This document shows, piece after piece, positions 1-10,537 of a stretch of 64,000 bases of DNA. A program made the translations under genes and the position numbers. Position 1 is the first letter of the stretch; each line of letters opens with the position of its first letter. The notes under the pieces were generated by a model. That model had not been told where the DNA came from. It worked only from the letters and a program-made list of their open reading frames with translations, and made no database searches. The stretch spans positions 761,151-825,150 of the forward strand of contig CAXXQE010000001.1 of NCBI GenBank assembly GCA_963665615.2, given 5' to 3'. The stretch is from Syntrophales bacterium (GTDB lineage: Bacteria; Desulfobacterota; Syntrophia; Syntrophales; UBA4778).

Positions 1-1
1 G

Positions 2-1744
2 CGTCATGCCGAGAAGGCCCGTGAGCTGGCCGCGCAGGAGAAGAATGCGCAGCGCAAGCAGGAGCTGGAGAAGATCGCCGCGGTCTGTGACCGGGTACCG
101 GCGAAGCCCGCGCGGACATTCCATGAAGCGATCCAGTTCTTTTATTTCATTCCGGTCGTGAATTATTTGGAGACCAAGGCCTTTGCGTGTTCACCGGGCC
201 GATTCGACCAGTACATGTACCCTTACTACAAGGCGGACCTTGAAAAAGGGATTCTGACCCGTGAAGAGGCCGTAGAGCTTATCGGATGCACCTGGGTGAA
301 GTTGTCCGAGGTCACGTATCTTTCCTCGAATATTGCGGCGAAGTATTATTCAGGGTACCCGCCCTTCCAGGTGATGACCGTCGGCGGCTTGGATGCCGCG
401 GGCAACGATGCGGTCAATGACGTCTCGTATCTGGTCCTCGAGGCGACGGAGAAGGTGCATCTGGTTCAGCCCTCGCTGATTGCGTTTTTCTCCGAGAAAT
501 CCCCAAGAGAATTTAAACGTCAAGCCCTCAAGTGCGCTAGCACGGGCGGCGGCAATCCGGCCATTTGTCGTACTGAAAACGGCATGCCCTGGGTGAAGCG
601 CTGGCGCGGTTATACGGACAAGGATGCACTGTGCATCGGGGGAATCGGGTGCATCGGCAGTCTGACACCGGGCATAGACAGTATCGGCGACAGCGGTCTG
701 CACAACGTTCCGATGAGTCTGGAGTTCGCACTCAATAACGGCGTGATGCGACTGACCGGCGAACAGCTGGGGCTCCCCACCGGTGATGCCCGGAAGTTCA
801 GCTCCTATGATGAAGTCTTGGCGGCGTTCAAGAAGCAACTGGCGTATATCACCCGTCATCATGTCATCATGAACGTTTACTTCCGGCGGCTTCACGAGGA
901 AGAATTCCCCACGCACCTCGAGTCCATTATCGTCGAGGGTTGCGTTGATAAGGTGATGCGGGCGCAATCCCCCAAAGGGTGGGCGCAGCGGTATATTCCT
1001 TATCAGGTTCTGGTCGGGATGGGGCTTGGAGATATTGCCGATTCTTTGGCAGCTATCAAGAAGCTGGTTTTTGAAGAGAATCTGATCACGATGCCCGAGC
1101 TCATCGATGCGTTGGAGGTAAACTTTGAAGGGAAGGAAGATCTGCGTCAGATGCTGATCAACCGGGCGCCGAAGTTTGGCAATGACGATGACTACGTGGA
1201 TTCGATCGCTACGGAAATCGAGAACTGGTGGGCGGTCGAAATCTCCCAATATTGCCGGGAGGCCAATGGCATCAGCCGGTTGGCAGAGAACTGGAATTCG
1301 ACGGCAGCGAATGTTCCCTTCGGGGTAGTGACCGGGGCGCTGCCATCCGGCAGAAAGGCCGGCGAGCCGCTTTCAGATAACTCGGGCCCTGCGCATGGAC
1401 CTGGCGAGGCAAGCGGACCGACAGCGGTTTTGAAGTCGGAAGCGAAGCTCAAGGCAGAGGATCAGGGGTGCAATCTGCTCAATCTGCGGTTTGATCCCAG
1501 TGCTGTGACGACAGAGGAGGGCTTGGAGAAATTTGTCGACCTGATCGATACATACCACGATCTGGGGGGCTATCACGTTCAGTTCAATGTGGTCAGCGAA
1601 GAGACTTTGAAGGATGCGCAGAAGTACCCTGAAAAGCACCAGGGCCTGATGGTCAGGGTGGCGGGCTACAGCGCTTATTTTGCCGAACTCTGCCCGGAGG
1701 AGCAAAACGATATCATCGCCCGGGCGGCCCATAAAATGTCATGA
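2..1744 (+). CDS. Glycyl radical enzyme (PFL2/GRE family), 5'-truncated by window edge
   Basis: Frame is open from position 2 (RHAEKARELAAQEK...PARTFHEAIQF) into ORF 158..1744; GRFDQY motif, APKFGNDDDYVD, C-terminal glycyl motif RVAGYSAYF; Cys loop GGIGCIG. Confidence 0.93.
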   Translation, partial: RHAEKARELAAQEKNAQRKQELEKIAAVCDRVPAKPARTFHEAIQFFYFIPVVNYLETKAFACSPGRFDQYMYPYYKADLEKGILTREEAVELIGCTWVKLSEVTYLSSNIAAKYYSGYPPFQVMTVGGLDAAGNDAVNDVSYLVLEATEKVHLVQPSLIAFFSEKSPREFKRQALKCASTGGGNPAICRTENGMPWVKRWRGYTDKDALCIGGIGCIGSLTPGIDSIGDSGLHNVPMSLEFALNNGVMRLTGEQLGLPTGDARKFSSYDEVLAAFKKQLAYITRHHVIMNVYFRRLHEEEFPTHLESIIVEGCVDKVMRAQSPKGWAQRYIPYQVLVGMGLGDIADSLAAIKKLVFEENLITMPELIDALEVNFEGKEDLRQMLINRAPKFGNDDDYVDSIATEIENWWAVEISQYCREANGISRLAENWNSTAANVPFGVVTGALPSGRKAGEPLSDNSGPAHGPGEASGPTAVLKSEAKLKAEDQGCNLLNLRFDPSAVTTEEGLEKFVDLIDTYHDLGGYHVQFNVVSEETLKDAQKYPEKHQGLMVRVAGYSAYFAELCPEEQNDIIARAAHKMS

Positions 1745-1770
1745 TTATATAAAAATGAGGAGGGAGTGCA

Positions 1771-4236
1771 ATGTTAGATTTAGCCTATGACCATCGTGTA
1801 AAGCACTATATGTTGGCGCCGGAGGATGTCAAGAAGCCTGATTTTGTGAGGAGTATGCGGATCGCAAAACTCAGGGAGCTGGTGCGTCCCCCAATTAACC
1901 TGCTGTCAGCTGAGCGGGCCCGTCTGGTAACGGAGTCCTATAAAGAGACCGAGGGGTTGCCGGTAGAGATCCGGCGGGCGAAGGCAGCGGACAAGATCCT
2001 GAGCGAGATGACGATCTATCTCATGGAAGGCTCGCTGATTGTCGGAAATTCCGCGCCGACGCCGATGGGCGGGAAGCTCTTTCCGGAGCTGGGAATCGAC
2101 TGGATTGAAGCCGAGCTGGATACGATTTCGACCAGGGCTCAGGACCCCTATTATGCCTCCGAGAAAGTAAAAGCGGAGCTGCGCGAGCATGTGATTCCCT
2201 ACTGGCGAGGGAAGACCGTCAATGATGTAGCGCACGGCTATTTACCGCCGGAGATCGCGGATGAAGAGTTTAAGCTGTGGGTCTGGGGCTTGATAAAAAA
2301 TGCCATGGGTACGGGGCATCTGGCTTTTGATTTTGAGAAGCTGTTCAGATTTGGCTTGGGAGGTCTGAAGAAGGTTGCCCAGGAGAAGCTGGCGGCCTTG
2401 GATTACCAGGATCCCGAGGCCATCAAGAAGCAGGTCTTTTACCGGGCGATCATTATAGCCATGGATGCCGGCATAAAATGGGCGCGTCGCTATGCCGCCT
2501 ACGCCCGGGAGTTGGCGCAGCAGGAGAAGGATCCCCAGAGAAAACAAGAACTGGAGATGATAGCGAGCAACTGTGAGTGGGTTCCGGAGAATTCCCCGCG
2601 GACCTTCTGGGAGGGCGTGCAGGCGGTCTGGTTCCTGTGTTTGCTTCCGAACATCTCAGGGGCAGGCTCCGGTATCGAGTTTGGCCGGATGGATCAATAC
2701 CTGTATCCTCTTTACAAGAAAGACATAGAAGAAGGCAGGATCACGAAAGAGTTTGCCCAGGATATCCTGGAGTGCTTCTGGTGCATTGATAACTGTGACG
2801 CCTACCTTGCTTTTGATAAAGACGTGGCCAGCCGGTATGCGTATTTTCCCATGGCCATTTCGATCCCGACGGTCGGCGGTCAGACCCCTGATGGCCGGGA
2901 TGCCAGCAATGAGCTCAGCCACATGATGTTGGATGCCGAGATGAATGTGCAACTGGCTGCCCCGGAATTTTCCGCCCGTATTCACGAGAAGATGCCGGAT
3001 GAGTATCTGCATCATGTCGCTGAAGTCATCCGTTTGGGCACGGGCAAGCCGAAGATATTTGCTGATGAGGGCTGGTATGACCGTGCGCTTAAAATGGGTT
3101 ACACCATTGAGGAAGCCAGAAATTATATTGGCGCCTTTTGCGCGGAGAGCTCCACGGTGGGCGATACCTACTGGGTACCGGAAAATGGCATTGTTTTCGG
3201 CGGCGGCGCTCGTCTGATCGAGCTGACCATGAACCACGGCAAATCCTTGATGACCGGGGAACAGCTGGGATTGGATGTGGGCGATGTAACGAAATTTTCT
3301 ACCTTTGACGAATTTATGGCCGCTTTCAAGAAGGAGGTTGATTTCGTTATCAACAAGATTGAGCCGACCCGGCAGGCCATCCATTTAGCGCATGCCGAAG
3401 TAGCGCCCAATCCGTTTACGTCCGCCTTCATGAATGACTGTTTGGAGCGAGGCCTGGATTGGGAAAAGGGTGGTGCACGCCATTACCGTTATGGCGCCTT
3501 CAACATGGGCTTTACCTGCGCGGGTAACTCGTTGGCGGCGATAAAGAAACTGGTCTATGATGATAAAGTAGTAACGATGGAAGAATTGGTGAATGCCTGC
3601 CGCACGAATTTTGAAGGCAAGCGAGGCGAGGAGATCCGTCAGTTGTGTCTCAATGCCCCGAAGTGGGGGAACGATGATGATTACGTGGACGCTTTGATCC
3701 GGGAAGCAGTGCTGATCGATCTTGATGCGCACCAACCCTTTACTAATCCCTTTAGTAAGACCCCCTCGACCATCACGTTCGATATTTTAACGAGTCATCT
3801 TCCATTCGGTTCGGTTGTCGGGGCAACGCCTGATGGCCGCAAAAACGGAGATCCGTTGAATGAAGGCGGGGTATCTCCCTACCAAGGGACGGATTCTGAA
3901 GGTCCGACTGCCGTGCTCAAATCGATTGCAAAACTTCCCTGGGATGACCCGAGAGTCTATGGCGGCGTTCTGAACATTAAATTCTCCCGCAATGCCTTGG
4001 CGGGTGAAGACAACCTGACGCGATTCATGGCCCTTCTGAGGACGTGGTGTGATCTGCATGGTCAGGAGGTGCAGTTTAACTGCATCGATCATGAGACGCT
4101 GCGAGATGCCCAGGAGCATCCGGATCAGCATCGGAATTTGTTGATTCGGGTTGCGGGGTATAGCTCTTACTTTGTGGAACTGGATCGGGTGGTTCAAGAC
4201 GATATTATCACTAGAACCGTGAATGAGGCTGTGTGA
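1771..4236 (+). CDS. Glycyl radical enzyme (PFL2/GRE family), 821 aa
   Basis: ERARLVTESYKETEG N-terminus, GRMDQYL, APKWGNDDDYVD, RVAGYSSYF glycyl motif, Cys loop GAFCAE; GAGGAGGGAG RBS. Confidence 0.95.
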   Translation: MLDLAYDHRVKHYMLAPEDVKKPDFVRSMRIAKLRELVRPPINLLSAERARLVTESYKETEGLPVEIRRAKAADKILSEMTIYLMEGSLIVGNSAPTPMGGKLFPELGIDWIEAELDTISTRAQDPYYASEKVKAELREHVIPYWRGKTVNDVAHGYLPPEIADEEFKLWVWGLIKNAMGTGHLAFDFEKLFRFGLGGLKKVAQEKLAALDYQDPEAIKKQVFYRAIIIAMDAGIKWARRYAAYARELAQQEKDPQRKQELEMIASNCEWVPENSPRTFWEGVQAVWFLCLLPNISGAGSGIEFGRMDQYLYPLYKKDIEEGRITKEFAQDILECFWCIDNCDAYLAFDKDVASRYAYFPMAISIPTVGGQTPDGRDASNELSHMMLDAEMNVQLAAPEFSARIHEKMPDEYLHHVAEVIRLGTGKPKIFADEGWYDRALKMGYTIEEARNYIGAFCAESSTVGDTYWVPENGIVFGGGARLIELTMNHGKSLMTGEQLGLDVGDVTKFSTFDEFMAAFKKEVDFVINKIEPTRQAIHLAHAEVAPNPFTSAFMNDCLERGLDWEKGGARHYRYGAFNMGFTCAGNSLAAIKKLVYDDKVVTMEELVNACRTNFEGKRGEEIRQLCLNAPKWGNDDDYVDALIREAVLIDLDAHQPFTNPFSKTPSTITFDILTSHLPFGSVVGATPDGRKNGDPLNEGGVSPYQGTDSEGPTAVLKSIAKLPWDDPRVYGGVLNIKFSRNALAGEDNLTRFMALLRTWCDLHGQEVQFNCIDHETLRDAQEHPDQHRNLLIRVAGYSSYFVELDRVVQDDIITRTVNEAV

Positions 4237-4263
4237 CAAGAGCTAGGTAACGCAAAGACAGGC

Positions 4264-4300
4264 ACGCGGCGCTTACTTTTAGTAGAAGTAAGCGCCGCGT
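4264..4300 (+). terminator. Strong hairpin after GRE2 (terminator or mRNA-stabilising stem)
   Basis: ACGCGGCGCTTACTT ... AAGTAAGCGCCGCGT perfect 15-bp inverted repeat. Confidence 0.6.
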
Positions 4301-4594
4301 TGTAATGCGTGTGGTCATTTCCAGCCGCGTTTCAGGGGATAGTCATCCGCTGCTTATCGTTAAAATGCCCACTGCCTTTATCATGTTCCTCATACAAAAT
4401 TTACAAAATTGGGGATTCGCCGGAGAAAGCGCCGGCTTTATCTCCAATCCGAGAGGTAGATGACTTGTCCTTATGCGATCGCATTCTCCACCGCAAGCAG
4501 CAGCGAATGCGATTGCATAAGAACTCATTAGAGACACCGCACGTCGAGATTATCTCGTGCGAGAATTTATATATAGTTCCTGATAGGGGGAGTA

Positions 4595-5545
4595 ATGAAA
4601 CGACATTCTTCAGCGCAAGATTCTGGTTTGGTATTCAATATACAGAGATATTCAATTCACGACGGACCCGGGATAAGAACGTTAGTCTTCATGAAAGGCT
4701 GCCCCTTGCGATGCTTCTGGTGCTCTAACCCCGAGAGCCAGGAGATGAAGACGGAATACACCATAAGTGAGACAAAATGCATTGGCTGTGGAAAGTGCAT
4801 CGCTGCTTGCCCGGCCGGCGCGATCTTAGTCGATGAGAAAACGGGAAGAGTCGTACTGGACCGGGAAACGTGCAAGATCCCAGGGATCTGTGAAAAAGAA
4901 TGCGTTAAAGTCTGTCCCTCCAAGTGTCGTGAGATCGTCGGAAAACGGATGACCGTGGAAGACGTGCTGAAGGAAGTCGAGAAAGATGCGCCGTTCTATA
5001 AGCATTCGGGGGGCGGGGTGACCGTAGGGGGCGGCGAGCCTTTGATGCAGGCGGATTTTGTCTCTAATCTTTTAAAGACATGCAAAGAAAGAGGTCTTCA
5101 TACGGCGATTGAAACCTGCGGTTTCGCAAAATGGGAGGATATGAAGAAGGTCCTGGATTATACGGACTGGTTATTTTTTGATATCAAGCAGATGAGCCCC
5201 GATAGGCATCAAGAGGGAACGGGGACGTCCAATAAACTCATTTTAGAGAACCTCGAAAAGGTAGCGCAATACTTTCCCGACCTCCCGCTTGCGATCAGGA
5301 CATGCCTGGTTGAAGGATACAACAGTTCAGAAGCCGATATTGAGGCGGCTGCCAGCTTCCTGAGCAAACTGGGGAAAAAGATCGAATACTATGAACTATT
5401 ACTTTACCATCGTCTGGGCGAATCAAAATATAAAAACGTGGGCAAGGAGAAAACCTCCAGAGCTCTGGAAGCCCCGAGCAAGGAGCATGCGGAAGCATTG
5501 AAGAAGATAATAGAATCCTACGGGTTATCGGCACGAGTTGCGTAA
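4595..5545 (+). CDS. Glycyl-radical enzyme activating protein (radical SAM with ferredoxin insertion)
   Basis: IQRYSIHDGPGIRT, GCPLRCFWCSNPES (CxxxCxxC), CIGCGKCIAAC ferredoxin motif, GGGEP. Confidence 0.96.
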   Translation: MKRHSSAQDSGLVFNIQRYSIHDGPGIRTLVFMKGCPLRCFWCSNPESQEMKTEYTISETKCIGCGKCIAACPAGAILVDEKTGRVVLDRETCKIPGICEKECVKVCPSKCREIVGKRMTVEDVLKEVEKDAPFYKHSGGGVTVGGGEPLMQADFVSNLLKTCKERGLHTAIETCGFAKWEDMKKVLDYTDWLFFDIKQMSPDRHQEGTGTSNKLILENLEKVAQYFPDLPLAIRTCLVEGYNSSEADIEAAASFLSKLGKKIEYYELLLYHRLGESKYKNVGKEKTSRALEAPSKEHAEALKKIIESYGLSARVA

Positions 5546-5757
5546 ATGCTTTGGACCGGGCAAGGGGTCGGGGTTACTTAAAAAGGAAAGGGCCAGTTGA
5601 GATAAAAAAGGGCCATGGAATAAAAAAAATTTTTACCAGAATCTGTTACCTGATTTGCATTGAGAAAAATGCGGACATGCCGCTTTCTGCCACTGTCCCT
5701 TTGAGCTTTTGTCATACCTAGACCGCAGAAAAAATGCTCTGCACTATGTTGTCACTT

Positions 5758-7164
5758 TCATGATTTAGCAAGTCTGCGGTATAATTTGTTGCGCGACATG
5801 CCAATAATTCGAGCAGCCTTGGTTATATTTCCACCTGCTTGTTTAAGAGCCTCAAGAATTTTCTCATGCTCATATGACTCATATTCGTTCCGGATCGTGG
5901 TGTTTTCCATTGGTTTTTGTTCACAAACCGCTTGACCATTATCATTATCACGAATAATCTCGCGAACGTGCTCCGCAGTAATAATCGGGCCCTCCGTAAA
6001 AATTGTCAGTCGTTCAATAACATGTTTCAGTTCGCGGATATTTCCTGGCCACTGGTATGCGCGAAGTTCTTCAAGTGCGTCTTCAGAAAATTGTTTTTCA
6101 ACGTTGAATTGCATATTGCTGGCACGAAGAAAAGTCATACTCAGAGGAACAATAGCTGTTTTTCTTTCCCTAAGAGGGTGAATGACTATGGGAATGACAT
6201 TGAGCCGATAGAAAAGATCCTCACGGAAAAGTCCCTTTTTGATCTCATTAAGGAGATTTTTATTTGTTGCTGCTATTATGCGGACGTCAAGTTTTGTGCT
6301 TCTTGTTTCACCTACACCTGTAAATTCACGATTTTCTATTACCCTGAGTATCTTAACTTGAATGCTATATGGAATATCCGCGATTTCATCCAAAAATAGC
6401 GTTCCTCCCTGGGCCATCTCAAAAAGTCCTATCTTTCCTCCCCGTTTGGAACCGGTAAAAGCTCCTTCTCTGTATCCAAAGAGTTCTGCCTCCATCAGAC
6501 TCTCCGGTATCGCCGGTATACAAACCGGTATGAAAGGCTTATGCTTCCTTGGGCTGTTTACGTGAATCGTTTTCGCAAGAACCTCTTTGCCGACACCTGA
6601 TTCGCCAGTGATCAATACCGTGCTCTCAAGCGGTGCTACTTTCTTCACAAAACCAAGTTGATCCCCCATATCCTTGCTAGGAAAAACGTGACCAGTATCC
6701 GCAAAAACATATTTTCTAAGGTGATTGATTTCCTCTAAATATTTTCTTGATTGCGTATGTTCTTTTTCCAATCTATCTTTTAAATCATTCAATTCCTGTA
6801 TTGACGTGGCGGTCGAAACAACTAATTTCACTTTTCCGTCTTCATCAAAGATAGGACGAGCCCGAGACAAGAACTCCTTACCAGACCGAGTATGAGAAAT
6901 TCCTGAAACTTCTTTCCCTGTTCGAAGAACTTCACTGACAAAGGACCGATCCAAATACCCTTCCGCCACGTACTGGGTCGGAGGTTTTCCTATGAACTCT
7001 TCAGCGGGTGCTTGAAATTCATCACATGCTGCCTTGTTCAGCATAAGAACACGGGGTGTTGGGTCAAATACCATGACGCAGTCGGAAACTGAGTCAATTA
7101 TCTGAGGAAGGTCACTGTATATATCCAAAGGAATTTGAATTTTACCCATAACGTCACACCTCAT
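5758..7164 (-). CDS. Sigma54-dependent transcriptional activator (PAS-AAA+-Fis HTH)
   Basis: GESGVGKE Walker A, ELFGYREGAFTGS, GGTLFLDEI, WPGNIREL, C-terminal HTH; N-terminal PAS-like region. Confidence 0.95.
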   Translation of the reverse strand: MRCDVMGKIQIPLDIYSDLPQIIDSVSDCVMVFDPTPRVLMLNKAACDEFQAPAEEFIGKPPTQYVAEGYLDRSFVSEVLRTGKEVSGISHTRSGKEFLSRARPIFDEDGKVKLVVSTATSIQELNDLKDRLEKEHTQSRKYLEEINHLRKYVFADTGHVFPSKDMGDQLGFVKKVAPLESTVLITGESGVGKEVLAKTIHVNSPRKHKPFIPVCIPAIPESLMEAELFGYREGAFTGSKRGGKIGLFEMAQGGTLFLDEIADIPYSIQVKILRVIENREFTGVGETRSTKLDVRIIAATNKNLLNEIKKGLFREDLFYRLNVIPIVIHPLRERKTAIVPLSMTFLRASNMQFNVEKQFSEDALEELRAYQWPGNIRELKHVIERLTIFTEGPIITAEHVREIIRDNDNGQAVCEQKPMENTTIRNEYESYEHEKILEALKQAGGNITKAARIIGMSRNKLYRRLAKS

Positions 7165-7285
7165 TTGTAAAGCAAAATATGTTACAATAATTAAAAAAAC
7201 AAAATTCCAAAAAAGAATAAAAAACTACCGCGATGTTCAGAATAACTTCACTCTCGAATTAAAATAACAACTTGTTGAATTCTTT

Positions 7286-7394
7286 AGCGAGCACATTCCC
7301 CGCTGCTTGTGGCGGGCTAAGCGAGCGAATCAGGGAAAAGCAGCTGCCTTGGGAATTGAAGACTCACCGGAGCAAGTTCCGGCGAGTCTTCAAT
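7286..7394 (+). repeat. Dispersed ~105-bp REP/MITE-like repeat (family A, copy 1)
   Basis: Aligns with the reverse complement of 38653..38761 (TAAGCGAGCGAATCAGG...CCTTGG.AAT..AGACTCACCGG) and with 23871..23952. Confidence 0.75.
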
Positions 7395-8643
7395 ATCTTC
7401 TTTGCGTAATTAAAACCATAGGTTATATTATTTCCCCTCAATAAAATCTCCTCATGGTTTCTCTCGGATATTGGAAAGAGCAGCCCAATGAAACATGTAT
7501 GACTGATGTAGCTTTTTTTGGAATCTTCTATCGAGAAGCACAAGCCCCATCGCCTTGAGGGCAGCAAGCTCATTTCAGAGGGTGAGTTTATAACAACCGT
7601 TCAGTAAAGACTGCCATGCTCCATATAGAAAGGTGATGCTTCCCAAAACACCCGGAGTGAAAAAGCCAATCATGCTGATGCATTCCACACATCTAAACCG
7701 GGAAACAAAACTGGCAATACATTTATAACTAAGTGTTTTAATATTTTGCAAAAAACACGCCAGAGTTTCTTTATACAATACGAAATAGCCCTCAATGAAA
7801 TCGGACAGATTCTAACTGGGAATAAATAAACATATACAGGACCAGCCAACGAGAAAGGCGTCCTTTTATCGGAGATGGAGGAATTCCCCCACAAAATTTG
7901 AGTGCTTAAGCGGTATAGTTAGGTAATAAGACCATGGAGGCCAAATCGAAATCTTGAAGGATGAGGCGTCGCCCCCCCTTTTTTATTTGGGCATTATATA
8001 AGTTATCATTTAATAAATTGCAAAGTATAATTTTAAGAGGTCATTCATCAGTGCTAAAGGATATTTTTTTGTCATATACTTGGAACGAAATGAATCAATT
8101 GGAAACATAATATCACAAACAAGATACTTTTGACAATGTTTTATTGCTGAATTGTCAGTTAGGCTAACACTGCTTTAGAGTCAGGATAATCATTAAAGAA
8201 GGCCAAAGCCTCAGAAGTATCCCCGATGCTTATCCACAAAGGAATACACTTGACCCCATTGCAAAGGTAGGACTTCTGTAAGGCCTATTAAGACGACAAC
8301 CAAAAGATTAGTCATCTAGCAGACGTCTATCACGTTTCACGTCCGACAGCTGCGAAGTCCTAAAACCAATGGACAGTCCAACCGGGCGGTCAAAACGATC
8401 ATGGAACTCTGGCATGATAAAACTCGATTTGACTCCCCGTTTCATCGAGAAAGGAATTCAACTGGTAAACAACCCTCACTTTTCTGACAATTAAGGTAAA
8501 TAAATGATCAATTTAGAACAAATTAAATAAATAAATGCATTGTTAGAAGACCTCGTTAGCATTAATCATAGAAAAAATGACTAGTTAACATGCGGCATAA
8601 GAAATGCAAGAAAACCGGTAAAACTTTATTAAAAGAGTTTAAA

Positions 8644-9900
8644 ATGCAATCCATCAGAAAGCTTGTTGAAGAATCCGCAGAAAAATTCGGAAACAAAACT
8701 TTTCTATATTTTAAAAACCAAAAAATATCCTTCATGGAAGTCAACAGAATCTCTAATCTGGTCGCAAGCGCTTTTCAAGACAAAGGCATCCGGAAAGGGG
8801 ACCGGGTGGCGTTGATGTTAACGAACCGTCCCGAGTTCATTTATCTATGGTTTGGTCTCAATAAAATTGGGGCCAGTGTCGTGCCAATCGATACAGAATT
8901 GGCCGCATATGAAGTTGAGTACATCTTGAAGCATTCTGAGGCCAAAATGGTTGCTACGGAGGAACGCACGTTGGCAAGGATACAGGATGCTCCTAAAATT
9001 GCACCTGGTATTGATAAAGTCGTCCTCCTTGATGGCGTTGGAGAAAACAAAAAATGGGTATCATTCACATCGTTTATTGCAGGTCAGCAGGATTCATTCG
9101 AATCGGTTGATATTGATAACAGTACTGAAGCGGCCATTTTATATACCCGTAAAACAGGTGCACTTAAAGGCTGCATTGTTGATCAGTTTTATTATTTGAA
9201 TATGGGAGAGCTATATCTGCGGGAAAATATGATAGAAGTGGGAGACAGGATCATGATACCTCTGCCGCTTTCCCATATGGGGGCTCAGGGCATTCCAATA
9301 ACTGGAGCCTTGTTTATAGGGGCAAGTATCCTTCTGCTTGACCGTTTTCAGCCCGATACTTGGTGGAAAACTATCAGGGAAAAAGGAGTAACTAATTTTC
9401 ACTATCTTGGTTTTATACCGGCGATGTTGATGAGGTGTCCTGAGACGCCATATGATTATGGTCCCGAGAAAGCCTATGGTATAGGGACAGGCTGTCCAAA
9501 AGATATTCAAGCGGCATTCGAAAAACGCTTCAACATAGAGCTGTTGGAAGGCTATGGTGCAACTGAGTTGGGTAGCATGTGTTTCATGATGGGGCGCAAA
9601 CGACATAAGGATAGGAAAATTGGGACGGGAACTTTTGGGACTCCTGTACCGGACTGTGAAGCGAAGATTGTTGACGATAATGATCAGGAAGTGCCCAGGC
9701 GAGCGGTTGGTGAACTAGTTGTTCGCTCGTCTGATCCCTTAAATAGGAAGAAGGGAATGATGAAAGAATATTATAAAGATCCTGAAGCAACGAAGCAGGC
9801 TTGGAGGAACGAGTGGTTTCATACAGGTGATTTATGTTTTGTTGACGAAGATAACTATTTTTATTTTGTCGACCGAAAAAAGATATGATTCGTCGACGCG
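8644..9900 (+). pseudogene. CaiC-like AMP-dependent acyl-CoA ligase, frameshifted and C-terminally truncated
   Basis: YGATE, WFHTGDL motifs; P-loop degenerate (YTRKTGALKG vs YTSGTTGxPKG); DRKK followed by a stop, where one extra A would restore DRKKDMIRRR; C-terminal domain absent. Confidence 0.85.
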
Positions 9901-10470
9901 ATGCGCGGCAGACTGGTTAAGAATGTCTGCTCAAAGACGGCATCAGTGATGTGATCTACGACAGATAGAAATTCAGGTGCGGCGTCATGTCTGTCTCCGA
10001 ACGCAAGTGGATGAAGGTGATGACATCGGCGGTGAGTTCACCTTTAGCAGATGTGTGCCGAACTGGCTTTGTAGAACCCCACGCGCTCAAAGACCAGATC
10101 GGAAAAAGTTGTAAGGCCGCCTGAGAAGCGGAACGTCATCGATTTCCCGGTTGCCATGCACAATCTGTCTGCTCAGAAAGGCTGCCGGTACGCCGCCTTA
10201 TCTGTGCGGCACATTACAGGGTTCAGCTGGACAGCATGGAAAGCGATATTCTTTAGCTGCAATTGTTGAGTCCCATCCCGCCTGGGGCGTCTGGAAGTAC
10301 TTCGGAACCATCTGCAGGCAAGGTTATTCTTGGAACCACAAACGCATTTATTGTGTTTATTGCAAGCTGAATTTCAATCAAAACAAGAGACCAAAGAAAC
10401 GGTTGCCCAAGCGGATGCATAAACCGCCGTTGCTTCTAAAGCATTCGAACCATGTCTGGTAGGCTTCACC
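9901..10470 (+). mobile_element. Degenerate IS3-family (IS407-like) transposase orfA/orfB remnant
   Basis: Broken frames read ...GISD..Y...GVMSVSE..., MCAELAL*..ALKDQIGKKL* with AAAAAAG junction, then HPAWGVWK..RQGYSWNHKRIY..KKRLPKR..NHVW*. Confidence 0.8.
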
Positions 10471-10537
10471 GAAATGTGATCGATCTTGTTAGTTGAAGTA
10501 GGCATACTGAGATATTGAATGAGACAGGTATATTGTG

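Noticed and set aside
4309..4728. 139-aa ORF between GRE2 and the activase as a small GRE subunit
   Set aside because: Runs through hairpins, overlaps the activase out of frame, and lacks a Cys-cluster motif and RBS.
7400..7960. Short minus-strand ORFs as a gene or pseudogene
   Set aside because: No family motif recognised; would need tBLASTx.
8230..8238. DnaA box TTATCCACA
   Set aside because: Single copy with no oriC context; expected by chance.
8255..8370. c-di-GMP-I riboswitch (GCAAA near a stem)
   Set aside because: The GAAA-tetraloop/receptor two-hairpin arrangement is not recognisable.
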